A DNA stretch of 64,000 bases, from positions 1,856,001 through 1,920,000 of the forward strand of contig OZ219802.1 of the NCBI GenBank assembly GCA_964291655.2, written 5' to 3'. The stretch comes from Chloroflexota bacterium. Its GTDB lineage: Bacteria; Chloroflexota; UBA11872; VXOZ01. The notes under the pieces were generated by a model. It searched no databases. It saw only the letters and a list, made by a program, of their open reading frames with translations, and was not told the origin of the DNA. The position numbers and the translations under genes were made by a program. This document shows positions 28,924-39,643 of this stretch, piece after piece. Numbering within the stretch: position 1 is the stretch's first letter; the number at the start of each line of letters is the position of its first letter.

Positions 28924-30188
28924 TGTATAGACCGGGTACATGGGTTACACATGTTCGGGCACATAGGTTACACCTTAAGGCATGGAGATTCTTACAGATG
29001 GAGGAGCGCCATGCCTTGGAAGGAGAGTACGGTTGTGTCTGAACGCAAGGAGTTCATTGCACTGGCACTGATGGAAGGGGCCAACATCAGCGAGCTGTGT
29101 CGCCGTCTGGAGATCAGTCGCAAGACGGCGTACAAGACGCTGGAGCGGTATGCGAAAGCTGGCGAAGACGGTTTGCACGACCGGTCGCGGCGGCCGCACA
29201 CGTGTCCGCACCGCACGCGCCCGGCGCTGGAGGAACGCATCATCGCGCTGCGTCTGGCGCATCCTACGAAGGGCGCCCATGTGCTGCGCAGAATGCTGCA
29301 GGACCAGGGGCATACCGACGTGCCGGCCAAGAGCACCATCAATGCCATTCTCAAACGCCATGGGCTCATCGATCCAGCCCAGAGCGCCAAGCACACGCCC
29401 CATGTGCGCTTCGAACGACCCCAGCCCAACGAGCTGTGGCAGATGGACTTCAAGGGACATTTCGTCATGCAGCAGAACCGCTGTCATCCTCTCACCCTCC
29501 TAGACGATCACTCCCGCTTCAACCTCGGGTTACAGGCCTGTGCCAACGAGCGGGGAGAGACGGTCCAAGACCGCCTCACCGCTGTCTTTCGCCGCTACGG
29601 CTTGCCCCAGGCCATGCTCATGGACAACGGCTCTCCCTGGGGTAACGACAGTGCCCAGCCCTTCACGCCCCTCACCGTCTGGCTCATGCAGCTGGGCATC
29701 AACGTCCTGCACAGCCGACCCTACCATCCCCAGACACTCGGCAAGCTGGAACGCTTCCACCGCTCCCTCAAGAGCGAACTGCTGGCAGGGACCACCTTTA
29801 CCGACCTGGACCATTGCCAGCGCGCCTTTGACACCTGGCGCCACTTCTACAACTTGGAACGCCCACACCATGCCCTCGATCTCGACACTCCCATTACCAG
29901 ATACACGCCTAGTCCTCGCCCTTTCCCAGAGACCTTGCCTGCCCTCGCCTACGCTCCCGACGACCGCGTACGCAGCGTCGATGTCTCCGGCCGCATCTCC
30001 TTCCAAGGCAGACGGCTCCGTGTGGGCAGGGCCTTCACGCACAAGCAAGTCGCCCTGCGACCCACCCGAACGGACGGTGTCTGGGACGTGTACTTCTCGA
30101 TCCAAAGAGTAAAAACCATAGACCTCAGAGCACAAAATGTGTAACCTATCTACCCGAACATCTGTTACCTATGTCCCCGGTCTGTACA
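28924..30188 (+). mobile_element. IS481-family insertion sequence, copy B (1265 bp)
   Basis: TGT...ACA ends; GGGGAG duplicated; near-identical to copy A. Confidence 0.92.
29011..30144 (+). CDS. IS481-family transposase
   Basis: Same motifs as copy A. Confidence 0.93.
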   Translation: MPWKESTVVSERKEFIALALMEGANISELCRRLEISRKTAYKTLERYAKAGEDGLHDRSRRPHTCPHRTRPALEERIIALRLAHPTKGAHVLRRMLQDQGHTDVPAKSTINAILKRHGLIDPAQSAKHTPHVRFERPQPNELWQMDFKGHFVMQQNRCHPLTLLDDHSRFNLGLQACANERGETVQDRLTAVFRRYGLPQAMLMDNGSPWGNDSAQPFTPLTVWLMQLGINVLHSRPYHPQTLGKLERFHRSLKSELLAGTTFTDLDHCQRAFDTWRHFYNLERPHHALDLDTPITRYTPSPRPFPETLPALAYAPDDRVRSVDVSGRISFQGRRLRVGRAFTHKQVALRPTRTDGVWDVYFSIQRVKTIDLRAQNV

Positions 30189-30223
30189 GGGGAGAGGGCC
30201 GGGGTGAGGGGATCCTGTCCCTA

Positions 30224-30988
30224 TTATTCTCCCTTGAAGACCGGTTCCCGCTTCTCAACGAAGGCCTGCAGCCCCTCTGCGGCGTCTGCCGAGCCGCGCA
30301 CACGTTCGAACAAGAGGCTCGCCAGATTTACACGCTCTTCCAAACCCAGGTTTTGGCCCCGGACGGATGCTTCCTTCATGCCGCGGGTTGCCAGCGGAGC
30401 GTTCTGCGCGATGGTTTGCGCATACTCGTCGGCCGTTGCTGCGAGCGCATCCAGCGGCACGACCTTGTTGACGAGGTGCAGCCGGTGCGCCTCCTCCGCG
30501 CTGATGAATGCGCCGGTGAGCAAGAACTCCAGCGCATAATTCAGCGGGATACGATTGGCGAGCATGGAGGGGCCGCTGATAGAGCTAATGCCGCGTTTGG
30601 CTTGCGGCCAGCCAAACTGGGCGGTGTCGGCGGCGATTCTGATGTCGGACGCCAGCGCGATGCCGCCGCCTTGCGCCAGGCAAAAGCCGTTGATCGCGGC
30701 GATGATGGGTTTCCAGATGCGTGTCTGCATCACATAGAGGTCCTCGATTGACGTTCCCGGCGCCTCGTCGCCGGACGGTCCTCCCATCTCCTCCAGGTCA
30801 TGCCCCACGGAGAACGCCCGGCCCGTGCCGGTGATTACTGCCACCCAGGCATCCCCCCGCGACGCGAAGTCGGCGAATACCCGAAATAGCTCCTCCCGCA
30901 TGGCGCGGTTGATGGCGTTGAGCTTATCCGGCCGGTTCAATGTGATCTTGGCGACTTTGTCGTTGACGTTGTAATCGATGAACGACAT
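30224..30988 (-). CDS. Enoyl-CoA hydratase/isomerase family protein
   Basis: ITLNRPDKLNAIN, AFSVGHDL, KPIIAAING, AFVEKREPVFKG; usual catalytic Glu positions read GGGI and WPQ. Confidence 0.88.
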   Translation of the reverse strand: MSFIDYNVNDKVAKITLNRPDKLNAINRAMREELFRVFADFASRGDAWVAVITGTGRAFSVGHDLEEMGGPSGDEAPGTSIEDLYVMQTRIWKPIIAAINGFCLAQGGGIALASDIRIAADTAQFGWPQAKRGISSISGPSMLANRIPLNYALEFLLTGAFISAEEAHRLHLVNKVVPLDALAATADEYAQTIAQNAPLATRGMKEASVRGQNLGLEERVNLASLLFERVRGSADAAEGLQAFVEKREPVFKGE

Positions 30989-31122
30989 GGTTAGTCCTTT
31001 GCTGTGGATAAAGTGTGCGGCCTGTCTACTGTGGCTCCGGTGACTTTTGTGTAGGCTCGAGCAACCTTGGCATTGGGCGAGGACGACATGCAGTGAGCGC
31101 TCGCCACATGGCAAGCGCCGTG

Positions 31123-31422
31123 CTATGTCCGCTCTGCCCCAACGAGCGGCACGATGTCAGTGACATCCGCAGAGATTCGCGCCACGTCCAGGTCGTACAT
31201 CCGCTGGAGATTTAGCCAGAAGTCAGGCGTCATGCTCAGCGCCTTGCCGATGCGCAGGGCAGTATCCGCCGTAATGGTGCGCCGTCCATGCACAATTTGA
31301 TTAATGCGTACGGGAGACACACCAATCGTCTTGGCCAAGCGATACTGGCTAATGCCAAGCTCATCGAGCATCTCTGCCAAGTGTTCTCCAGGATGCATCG
31401 GGGCGTCAATTGAAATTGTCAG
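31123..31422 (-). CDS. higA: Orphan HigA-family antitoxin
   Basis: MHPGEHLAEML..RINQIVHGRRTITADTALRI..FWLNLQ; RBS AAGGAGAGG precedes CTG 31422; alternative ATG 31398. Confidence 0.8.
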   Translation of the reverse strand: MTISIDAPMHPGEHLAEMLDELGISQYRLAKTIGVSPVRINQIVHGRRTITADTALRIGKALSMTPDFWLNLQRMYDLDVARISADVTDIVPLVGAERT

Positions 31423-31465
31423 TTCCTCTCCTTGACGATAGTTCGTGATCCCAATAATAGCTTCA

Positions 31466-33871
31466 TCAGTTCCGCAGTGGTTTGCCGGTCTTGAGGATGT
31501 GGGCGATGCGGTCTTGGGTCTTGGGTTCGCCGCAGAGGCTGACGAAGGCTTCACGCTCCAGGTCGATGAAGTGCTCCTCAGTTGCCAGCGTGCCCGCAGA
31601 GGCGTCGCCGCCGGTAAGGATGCAGGCGAGCTTCCGTGCAATAGCCAGGTCGTGGTCGCTGGCTTTGCCTGCGCGCGCGAGTTCTTCGATCGGCGCAAGC
31701 AATGCGTCGCGTTCGTCTACGCCGAGTGCGGGAAGTATAACGGGTTCAGCACGTGAAGAGTCACCTGCTTCAGACAGCGCCAGCGCTTCCCCTTTGGCAC
31801 GATAGAGCAGGTGATCGGGATTTGCTTCGATCACGTCGCTTGCACGGAGGTAGCCGATGGCTGCGGCGTCCGGCGCGTGCTGTGAGACTTTCGCGAGGCG
31901 GATGGTAGCGAATGTTCGCTGCACCGCCTGGGCCGGATAGGATGGACTCCCGCTTTCGCGGGAATCCATCCTATCTTCATCCCCTTCCGCCAGCATGCGC
32001 AGCAGCAGTTCTTTGCAGCCGCCGCCGGCGGGCACCAGGCCCACGGCGGTCTCCACCAAGCCCACGTAGCTCTCTCGCGCCGCCACCACGCGCTGCGCCG
32101 AAAGACCGAGTTCCAGCCCGCCGCCAAGCGCGCGCCCATACAGGACGGTCACAAAGGGTACGGGCATGCGCTTGAGCGCCAGCAGCGAGTACTGCAGCTT
32201 GTGGATGAAGCGCTCGATAACGTCCCATTGCTGCTCTTGGGCGGCCTGGAGAATCATCGCGAGGTTCGCGCCGACGCAGACGTTAGGCTGCACGTGGCTG
32301 CTGAGCACGAGACCCCGAAACGCGGACGGCACTTGCTCAGCGGCAATTTGAAGCATGTCGAGCACGTCCGCATCAATCGTCTGCTTCGGCCCGTGCACGT
32401 CCAGAAAGGCGATGCCCTCGCCCAGGTCGCGGAGGGTCGCACCGGCGCGAGAAACGATCGTTTGGGACTGCGCCTGCAACCACGGCAGCGAGAGTGACTT
32501 TTCACTGCCGCTGACATGCGCGTAACCGGACGCCGGTGTGGCCTGCTCTGTGCCCTTGTCGGTATAGCGGTAAAAGGGTTCGCTCTGCCGCGCCAGCGCG
32601 TCTACCCACGGCGGTACCGCCAGGCCGTCGCGCCCCATGCGGCGTGCCGTCTCGGCAATGCCCAGGGCTTCCCAGGTCTCAAAGGGTCCCAATTCCCAGG
32701 CGAATCCCCAACGCATGGCGTTATCGATGCTGGCGATTTCGTCGGCGACTTCGGGGATCTTGGCGACGGCAAAGGCGAAGAGCCGCGAGAGAATGCGCCA
32801 GGCAAGCCGCCCGGCATCATCGTCGGCCCGTGCCAAAGCGGATATCCGGTCGCCGGTATCTTCTAGCTTTCGCACAGCACGGAGTGAAGGCGCATCCAAC
32901 GAGCGCTGCGGACGGTACTCTAAGGCCTCTGGGTCGAGCACCAGGATCTCCCTGCCGCCGTCCGTCTCCTCGCGCTTGTAGAAGCCTTGACCGCTCTTTG
33001 CGCCCAGCCAGCCGCGCGCAACCATCTCTCTAACGAAGGCTGGCACGGCGAACGCCTCTTTCTCCCACGCCGCCGGCACCGTGGCCTGCAGCTTGTCGCA
33101 GATGTCTACGTAGACATCCAAGCCGATCAGGTCGAGGGTGCGAAAGGTGGCACTGCGGGGACGGCCCAGCGGCAGGCCGGTGACGGCGTCCACCTCGTCC
33201 GGACCAAGGCCCAAGTCCTGCATTGCGCGCAGGGTCTCCGCGAAAACGTAGAGCCCGATGCGGTTGCCGACGAAGCCGGGCACGTCGTGGGCAAGCACGC
33301 AACCCTTGCCCAGCGTCTCGCTGCCGAGCCGTTGCACGGCTGCCGTAACCGCGGGATCAGTCTCGTCCGTGGGGATCAGTTCGAAGAGCCGCAGGTAGCG
33401 GGGCGGGTTGAAGAAGTGCGCACCGAGAAATCTTTGTCTCACGGCCGGCGGCAGCACGTTGGCTATGGAGTGGATGGGAATGCTGGACGTATTGGTGCTG
33501 GCGATGGCGTCGTCCCGCACATGCGGCGCCAGTGTCGACCAGAGGCGCTGCTTGATCGCAAGGTCCTCGAAGACCGCCTCGACAATCCAATCACATTCGG
33601 CTAACCGCTCGCAGTGGTCCTCCACGTTGCCGGGGCGGACACGGTCCAGGTCGCCGCGATTGAAAAGCGGCGACGGACGCATGGCAGCGAGTTTTTCCAG
33701 GGCCGCTTCCGCCCGCCGGTCGCGACCTTCTGCATCCGGCACGTCGAGCAATTCGCATTCAATGCCGAAACCGGCCAACAGCGCGGCAATCTGCGCGCCC
33801 ATGGTGCCCGCGCCGATGACGGCAGCGCGGCGGACGGTCCAATCGCCTTTCGCAAGACCCGAATTTGCCAA
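31466..33871 (-). CDS. 3-hydroxyacyl-CoA dehydrogenase / enoyl-CoA hydratase fusion (FadN-like)
   Basis: GAGTMG, IVEAVFE, STNTSS, HFFNPPRYL, GFVGNRIG, GGGLE, GLVE..VGLVPAGGG, KTGKPLRN. Confidence 0.92.
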   Translation of the reverse strand: MANSGLAKGDWTVRRAAVIGAGTMGAQIAALLAGFGIECELLDVPDAEGRDRRAEAALEKLAAMRPSPLFNRGDLDRVRPGNVEDHCERLAECDWIVEAVFEDLAIKQRLWSTLAPHVRDDAIASTNTSSIPIHSIANVLPPAVRQRFLGAHFFNPPRYLRLFELIPTDETDPAVTAAVQRLGSETLGKGCVLAHDVPGFVGNRIGLYVFAETLRAMQDLGLGPDEVDAVTGLPLGRPRSATFRTLDLIGLDVYVDICDKLQATVPAAWEKEAFAVPAFVREMVARGWLGAKSGQGFYKREETDGGREILVLDPEALEYRPQRSLDAPSLRAVRKLEDTGDRISALARADDDAGRLAWRILSRLFAFAVAKIPEVADEIASIDNAMRWGFAWELGPFETWEALGIAETARRMGRDGLAVPPWVDALARQSEPFYRYTDKGTEQATPASGYAHVSGSEKSLSLPWLQAQSQTIVSRAGATLRDLGEGIAFLDVHGPKQTIDADVLDMLQIAAEQVPSAFRGLVLSSHVQPNVCVGANLAMILQAAQEQQWDVIERFIHKLQYSLLALKRMPVPFVTVLYGRALGGGLELGLSAQRVVAARESYVGLVETAVGLVPAGGGCKELLLRMLAEGDEDRMDSRESGSPSYPAQAVQRTFATIRLAKVSQHAPDAAAIGYLRASDVIEANPDHLLYRAKGEALALSEAGDSSRAEPVILPALGVDERDALLAPIEELARAGKASDHDLAIARKLACILTGGDASAGTLATEEHFIDLEREAFVSLCGEPKTQDRIAHILKTGKPLRN

Positions 33872-33954
33872 GACTATTCCCTTCTTGTGCTGTGCTAACG
33901 GTGTCGGCGTGGGAAGTATCTAGTCCGCTATGGTGCTAACATCCCGCTTCAAAG

Positions 33955-34823
33955 AGCGGGGGACAAGCCCCCCAGTTGCGTCATTCCCGTGAAAACGGGA
34001 ATCCATCCTCTCTTCGCTGCACGCACACAGTGCTGAAGATGCGGGGGACAAGCCCCCGCGCTACAGTCCAGAGGCCGTCATTCCGGCGAAAGCCGGAATC
34101 CAGTCGCCACACATTCAGTAGAGCGGAAGTGTGTCGAGCCTGACGACCGATGCGTCCAGGTCAACAAGCTACTTACGATAGCCCAAGTATATTCCTTGTT
34201 GCGCTGCGGCGAAGGCGGCAAGCCCGCCAGAACCTTCGCCGCATTGTTAGTCTTCCTGCGCCCAGGAGCGGGGGGTTATACCCCTTCCAGTGCCGTCAAT
34301 CCCGTGAAAACGGGAATCCGTCCACTCTTCGCTGCACGCGCACTGTGCTAAAGATGCGGGGGACAAGCCCCCGCGCTACTACAGTTCAAAGGCCATCACT
34401 CCCGCGAAAGTTCGCCTCCGCATCGGGGGCGCGGAATCCATCTTCTCCGCAACGTGTGCGCACTGCCACAGGCGGGAGACTAGCTTCAATGACGTTGCAA
34501 TTGCCACTAAAGCGCGGAACATGGTACTTGCAAGTCCCCACATCCCCGGTAGCGCAGGTTTGTAACCTGCGTCTGTATTGGGCCAATCGTTGTGTGCCCT
34601 CTTCCCCAGTACGGTGCCCATGGGAAAAGGCCTGTTTCTCCTTGTATCCAGGAGCGGGGGACAAGCCCCCGCTCTACAGTCCAGAGGCCGTCATTCCGGC
34701 GAAAGCCGGAATCCAGTCGCCACACATTCAGTAGAGCGGAAGTGTGTCGAGCCTGACGACCGATGCGTCCAGGTCAACAGGCAACTTACGATAGCCCAAG
34801 TATATTCCTTGTTGCGCTGCGGC
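33955..34823. repeat. REP-rich region with a ~170 bp direct duplication (34041-34210 / 34654-34823)
   Basis: Near-identical blocks, including non-REP sequence. Confidence 0.8.
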
Positions 34824-34877
34824 TTGCATTCCAGGTTCGAGCTAACACTCGCACAAGACTCCGCCTACTCAAAAAGC

Positions 34878-36491
34878 CTAGGTGCACGCGATGATTACCG
34901 CCCCCTCACCACGCGGGTCGGAGCCGCCATCCAGCCTGCCGTCTGTCCCGATTGTAACGAGCTGGCAGAGCGCAAAGCGGGACGGATAGCTGATGGGGCT
35001 TTGCTCCACGGTGAAACCCTTTGACCGCAGCGCGTCGCACGTATCCGTGCGCATGCGGGCGTCGCACCAGATTGTGTCGCCTTCGGCGTGGATGCGCGGC
35101 GCTGTCACCGCTTCCGTGGCGGTCATGCCGAAATCGACCACGTTCGTAAATGCCTGCAACAGGGCGCTCAGGATGGCGTTGCCGCCCGGCGCGCCCCACG
35201 CCACACACGGCTTGCCATCCCGCGTGGCAATGGCCGGCATCATCAGGTGCAGCCGCGCTTTGCGGGGAGCGAAGGAACTGGCGCGGCCCGGCCGGGGATC
35301 AAAGCGGTTCATGCCGTTGTTGTAGACAAATCCCATGCCCGGCGTGATGACGCCCGAATGGTTCCCGTTGCTGTGGGTAATGCACGCGATATTGCCCGCC
35401 GCGTCCACCACGGTGAGGTGGGTCGTATCCCCGTGCTCATGGGGTGGCGCGACGCCGCCTACGGTACCGGCCGTCACCGCCGCCCGGAGTTGGGCCGTGC
35501 GCTCCGTCGAAAGCAGCACCGACTCTGGTTTGTGAGATAGGAAATCCGGGTCTCCCAAGTAATCGCGCCGGTCTTGATTTACCAATTGCAGCGTAGACCC
35601 CAGATGGGAAAAATAATCCGTGCTGCCGTGTCCCAGCCCGGTGAGATCGAACCCCGCGAGCACGTTCAGCGACTGCAGCAGCAGCGGCCCGCCGCCCGGC
35701 GCGCCGTTGCTATACACCGTGTAGTCGCGGTAGGAAGTTGCGCGGGGGGCGTACGTGACCGGTCTGTACACGGCCAGATCGTCGCGGGTTACAAACGCGC
35801 CGTTGCGCTCCAGGTCATTGCCTATGCGCTGGGCCAACTCGCCGTGGTAGAAGTCATCCGCCCCGGCCGCGGCAAGCTGTTCGAGTGTATCGGCATACGC
35901 GGGATTGCAAAGCTGCTCGTCCGCGTCAAACAGCGCTCCGTCCGGTTTCAGGTAAAGCGCGGCACAATCGGCCGTTGCGCTCAGACGTTCGACACGGCTG
36001 GGTCTGTAGGGCTCCGGTTGCTCGTTGGTGACTTGCGCCATGCCCGGCAGCACGGGAAAGCCCTGCCGCGCGATGCGGATTGCCGGCTGCAGGAGGTCGC
36101 GCCAGGGCATGGTGCCAAAGCTGCGGTGCACCTCGCCCAAGGCGGCCACCGCGCCGGGCGTGCAGATAGAGGTGTAGCCCATAGTGCTGCGGTAGTCCTC
36201 GAAGAGGCTCTCACCGCTGAACTCGCCTTCACCGCGATAGTCGGCAAGCCACATGTCCTCCGTCACCTGCGATCCGGCGCGCAGGCAGCCATCCACGATT
36301 ACGTGGGCATCGTGCGCACGCGAAAAGAGGTGCGCCGACACCATGCCCCCGACACCGCAACTGAAGGGCGTCACGATCATCTGCACGAAAGCGGTGGCAA
36401 TGGCAGCGTCAAAGGCATTTCCGCCCGCTTCCAGAATTTTCGCGCCTTCCTCAGCGGCGCGGGGATGGACGCAGGCTACGATTCCAGGCAT
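34878..36491 (-). CDS. ggt: Gamma-glutamyltransferase family protein
   Basis: GGNAFDAA, CGVGG, nucleophile DTTHLTVVD, YNNGM, GAPGG, APRIH, SDPR. Confidence 0.88.
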   Translation of the reverse strand: MPGIVACVHPRAAEEGAKILEAGGNAFDAAIATAFVQMIVTPFSCGVGGMVSAHLFSRAHDAHVIVDGCLRAGSQVTEDMWLADYRGEGEFSGESLFEDYRSTMGYTSICTPGAVAALGEVHRSFGTMPWRDLLQPAIRIARQGFPVLPGMAQVTNEQPEPYRPSRVERLSATADCAALYLKPDGALFDADEQLCNPAYADTLEQLAAAGADDFYHGELAQRIGNDLERNGAFVTRDDLAVYRPVTYAPRATSYRDYTVYSNGAPGGGPLLLQSLNVLAGFDLTGLGHGSTDYFSHLGSTLQLVNQDRRDYLGDPDFLSHKPESVLLSTERTAQLRAAVTAGTVGGVAPPHEHGDTTHLTVVDAAGNIACITHSNGNHSGVITPGMGFVYNNGMNRFDPRPGRASSFAPRKARLHLMMPAIATRDGKPCVAWGAPGGNAILSALLQAFTNVVDFGMTATEAVTAPRIHAEGDTIWCDARMRTDTCDALRSKGFTVEQSPISYPSRFALCQLVTIGTDGRLDGGSDPRGEGAVIIACT

Positions 36492-36635
36492 CCTTTGCGC
36501 TCCTCAAATTGCGGAAACTCGTTACTTCAAGACTCTTCTCGTGTAGGACTCTCATCTCTTACTTGCCCTGGGCGAGCTGGCAGTTTGCTCGGCTCTCTAT
36601 TCCAACGAATGTGGCCGGCCCACGTCCGTTATTCC

Positions 36636-36889
36636 TGTAAGTGATGAGTAATTCGTTGACAGAATACTCTCCCAAATTGGCAGTGTTGACAGATCATGTC
36701 ATTCCGAGCGCAGTGAGGAATCTAGGGCCCATGCAACGTGTCGCCCAATAGGCTCAACATCTTAGATTCCGCGCTCCGAGCGACTCTTCGCTGCGCTCCG
36801 TTCGGAATGACATGTGTACTGTTCATGTAGAGTACTGCGTTCAGCTGCTTCTGTTCTCAAATCTGTCAACGAATTACCTGACATTTACA
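36636..36889. mobile_element. TGT..ACA MITE with REP cargo
   Basis: Terminal IRs; 5 bp duplication ATTCC. Confidence 0.75.
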
Positions 36890-37029
36890 ATTCCGTCGGA
36901 AGCCAGCAGCCATCTTTGCCGCGTCCAGCGCACAGTCCTCACCCGAGACTCCGGCGTGCGCCGGAGTGACAGGTGGAATTCCATTCGCCGCTCGCTCCAC
37001 GTCACGGCCTGGCGCGCGATAGGCCGGTA

Positions 37030-37464
37030 TCACTCCAGCCTGCCGCTCGCCGTACCGACGACGACCGGCGTGCCGTCCTGGTTTTCGCACCAGACGTCGA
37101 GCGAGAATTGGACACCTGAATCTGTACTCTCTATGTCAGTGACGCGAGCCTTGGAAACGATGTCGTCACCGGCGTCGATGATGCCGATGAACTTAGAGGT
37201 GAGCTCACCGTGGCTAAGCCACGCCTCGCCAAAGAGGTCAACCAGCAGTTCCGTCAGGTGGCCGAGGCACATGGCGCCGGAGGCGGCTCGGGTGGGCAGG
37301 CCGCTCGCCTGCGCGGCGGCAAGGTCGGTGTGCACATTCTTGGCGGGCCAGCCGTCAAAACGCGGCCAGCCGCCGGAAAAGAGCCACGTGCGGTACGATG
37401 TAACCTTCTTCGTGCGGCCCGTTACGGTGTGGCCTACGGGCGCGTCGGGCGAGATCTGTTGCAT
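37030..37464 (-). CDS. MaoC-like (hotdog) dehydratase
   Basis: NVHTD..AQASGLPTRAASG; WCENQDG..VVGTA. Confidence 0.75.
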   Translation of the reverse strand: MQQISPDAPVGHTVTGRTKKVTSYRTWLFSGGWPRFDGWPAKNVHTDLAAAQASGLPTRAASGAMCLGHLTELLVDLFGEAWLSHGELTSKFIGIIDAGDDIVSKARVTDIESTDSGVQFSLDVWCENQDGTPVVVGTASGRLE

Positions 37465-37507
37465 CTATGTGTCCTTGCTGCGTTATCTTCCAGCTTTCCG
37501 TCATTCC

Positions 37508-37751
37508 TGTAAGTGTTGAGTAATTTGTTGACAGAATTCTCTCTCTCAAATTGGCAGTGTTGACAGATCATGTCATTCCGAGCGGAGCGAGGAATCTAGG
37601 GCCCATGCAACGTGTCGCACAATAGGCTCAACATCCTAGATTCCTCTCTTCGCTGCGCTCCGTTCGGAATGACATGTGTACTGTTCATGTAGAGTACTGC
37701 GTTCAGTTGCTTTTGTTCTCAAATCTGTCAACGAATTACTCAACGCTTACA
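37508..37751. mobile_element. TGT..ACA MITE with REP cargo
   Basis: Close match to 36636-36889; flanked by GTCATTCC / GGAATGAC. Confidence 0.72.
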
Positions 37752-37760
37752 GGAATGACA

Positions 37761-38189
37761 TTACTCTTTCCCCATGTAGATGTTCGTCGAAACACGGCGA
37801 AGCACTTGTGCGCCGGTCTCGGTGGTAATGAGCGCCTCGACAACCTGGTACTCTCGTTCCCGCTTACTATAGGTGTCTAAGATTTTCCAGGAAACGATGA
37901 TAGTGCTCCCAACAGGCGCGGGCTCATAGTACGTGGCTTCTTCATGAGTGTGAATGGCCGCCACACCGGCGGGCAGGGAAAACGAAGGACTGCGCGTCAG
38001 ATTGCTGAAGTTGAAGAGCAGCCCGGCGTGGATGATAGGCGGCGCGCCATCCTCGCCTGTCACATAGCGTAGATGTAAGTCCTCCACTGCGTGCAGGAAG
38101 TTCTCGTTGAATTCCTCCGTCACCTGAAAGGTGAACGGGTCCAGTTCATCACCGGCGACGAGCCGGTCGGTACGTTGCGGTGTTCCCAC
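37761..38189 (-). CDS. Hotdog-fold (MaoC-partner) protein
   Basis: GDELDPFTF, AIHTHEEATYYEP, YSKREREY. Confidence 0.6.
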   Translation of the reverse strand: MGTPQRTDRLVAGDELDPFTFQVTEEFNENFLHAVEDLHLRYVTGEDGAPPIIHAGLLFNFSNLTRSPSFSLPAGVAAIHTHEEATYYEPAPVGSTIIVSWKILDTYSKREREYQVVEALITTETGAQVLRRVSTNIYMGKE

Positions 38190-38233
38190 GATGGCGCACT
38201 CTTTCTTAGATTGAGAAGTCTTGCTAATACTGC

Positions 38234-39643
38234 TTACATATCCACTCGTTCGTCCACAAAGCGCTTGAACTTGTAGCCGCCCGCGATTTCGCCAAAGCCG
38301 TCCGCCGGCAGGAACTCAATTTCGGGACTTATCTCCGTTTCGGCGCGCACGGTGGCCGCGATCTCGTGCCGTAAGCGCTCTCGTTCTGCCTCAGCGCAGG
38401 CGGCTCGCACCCGGAGTATGTCGGCGGAGAGCGGATCGTGGGGAGTCTCTCGACTGATGACAACCTGGTACTCCCTCACCCCGCGGCTGAGCAAACCCGA
38501 TAGTCCTTCTAACAGCATAGCCGGATTCACCAAGGTGCCCTTGACCTTCGTCAGGCCGTCTACGCGATACGGGCTGCCCAGGAAGCGCGGCTCATTGCGG
38601 CCGCAGTGGGGACACTGCTCGTGAGAGAGCGCCACGACGTCGCCGGCCGCGTAACGCAGCAGCACCGTGCCGCGCCGGTTGAGGTGCGTCAGGACCAGCA
38701 GGCCCCGCGCGCCGTCGGGTACGGGCGCATAGGTCTGCGGGTCAACCACCTCAAAGTGGAACTGCTCGGGCGCGGGCAGATGAGCGCCGCCGTTTTCGCG
38801 GCACTCGGTGGACGGCCCCATGAGCTCCGTCATGCCGTAGCCGTTATTGACCGTGACGTGCGGGCTGCCCAGGCGCGTGAGCCGCGCGCGCATGTCGTCG
38901 CGCATAGCCGTGGGGCAGGGCTCGCCCATTGCCATGACCAGCCGCACGGCGCTGAAGTCTTTTCCAAGTTCCTCAGCGCGCAAGATGATGCGCCGGACGT
39001 ACGAGGTGATGCCCCACAACACCGTGGCGCGTTGGCTCTCGATGAGGTCTATGGCCTCGTCCATGCGCCTATGCACCGGAAAGTCAGCATAGGCACGGCC
39101 GGTATGGGCGCTGAGCAGCTTACTGCCGGTCGCCATGGCGCCCCACGTGGCGCTCAAGTAACCCTGGTGCGGCACAGCGCTTAAAGGAAAGAGATTCATC
39201 ACCGTGTCGTCAGGCCCGACGCCCGCAATGCGCGCGCCGCGCTCCAGCAGATCGATGCGCGCAAAGCGATCGTGCACCGTGTCGTAGAACGGTGTCGGCT
39301 CGCCGGTTGACCCCGACGTATAGATGATGTCGGCAATCGTTCGCTCCTCCAGGCTCAGGCCGGCGGCGCGGGCGGGGTCAAGCCGAAACGACTCCGGATC
39401 GCGGACGTAGTCCTGTTTGGTCATGGGCGGCAGTTTGGGAATGTCATCTACGGTGCGGAAGTCGTCGGGCGTCAGCCCGTGCTCCCGCAGAACCCGGCGC
39501 GCATAGGGATGCGCCTGCGCCCACAGCGGCGCCATGCGCTGCAGGTAGGCGTTCTGCCGCTCGCGCAGCCGCTGGAGGTACGCGCTGGTTGCTGCCTCAG
39601 CGGACGGTTCTTGCATCTGCCGACTCTCAATGCGTGCGCTCAT
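38234..39643 (-). CDS. Phenylacetate-CoA ligase family (PaaK-like) protein
   Basis: YTSGSTGEP, YGMTE, LLRYAAGD, CPHCGR, RVD..KVKG. Confidence 0.85.
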   Translation of the reverse strand: MSARIESRQMQEPSAEAATSAYLQRLRERQNAYLQRMAPLWAQAHPYARRVLREHGLTPDDFRTVDDIPKLPPMTKQDYVRDPESFRLDPARAAGLSLEERTIADIIYTSGSTGEPTPFYDTVHDRFARIDLLERGARIAGVGPDDTVMNLFPLSAVPHQGYLSATWGAMATGSKLLSAHTGRAYADFPVHRRMDEAIDLIESQRATVLWGITSYVRRIILRAEELGKDFSAVRLVMAMGEPCPTAMRDDMRARLTRLGSPHVTVNNGYGMTELMGPSTECRENGGAHLPAPEQFHFEVVDPQTYAPVPDGARGLLVLTHLNRRGTVLLRYAAGDVVALSHEQCPHCGRNEPRFLGSPYRVDGLTKVKGTLVNPAMLLEGLSGLLSRGVREYQVVISRETPHDPLSADILRVRAACAEAERERLRHEIAATVRAETEISPEIEFLPADGFGEIAGGYKFKRFVDERVDM

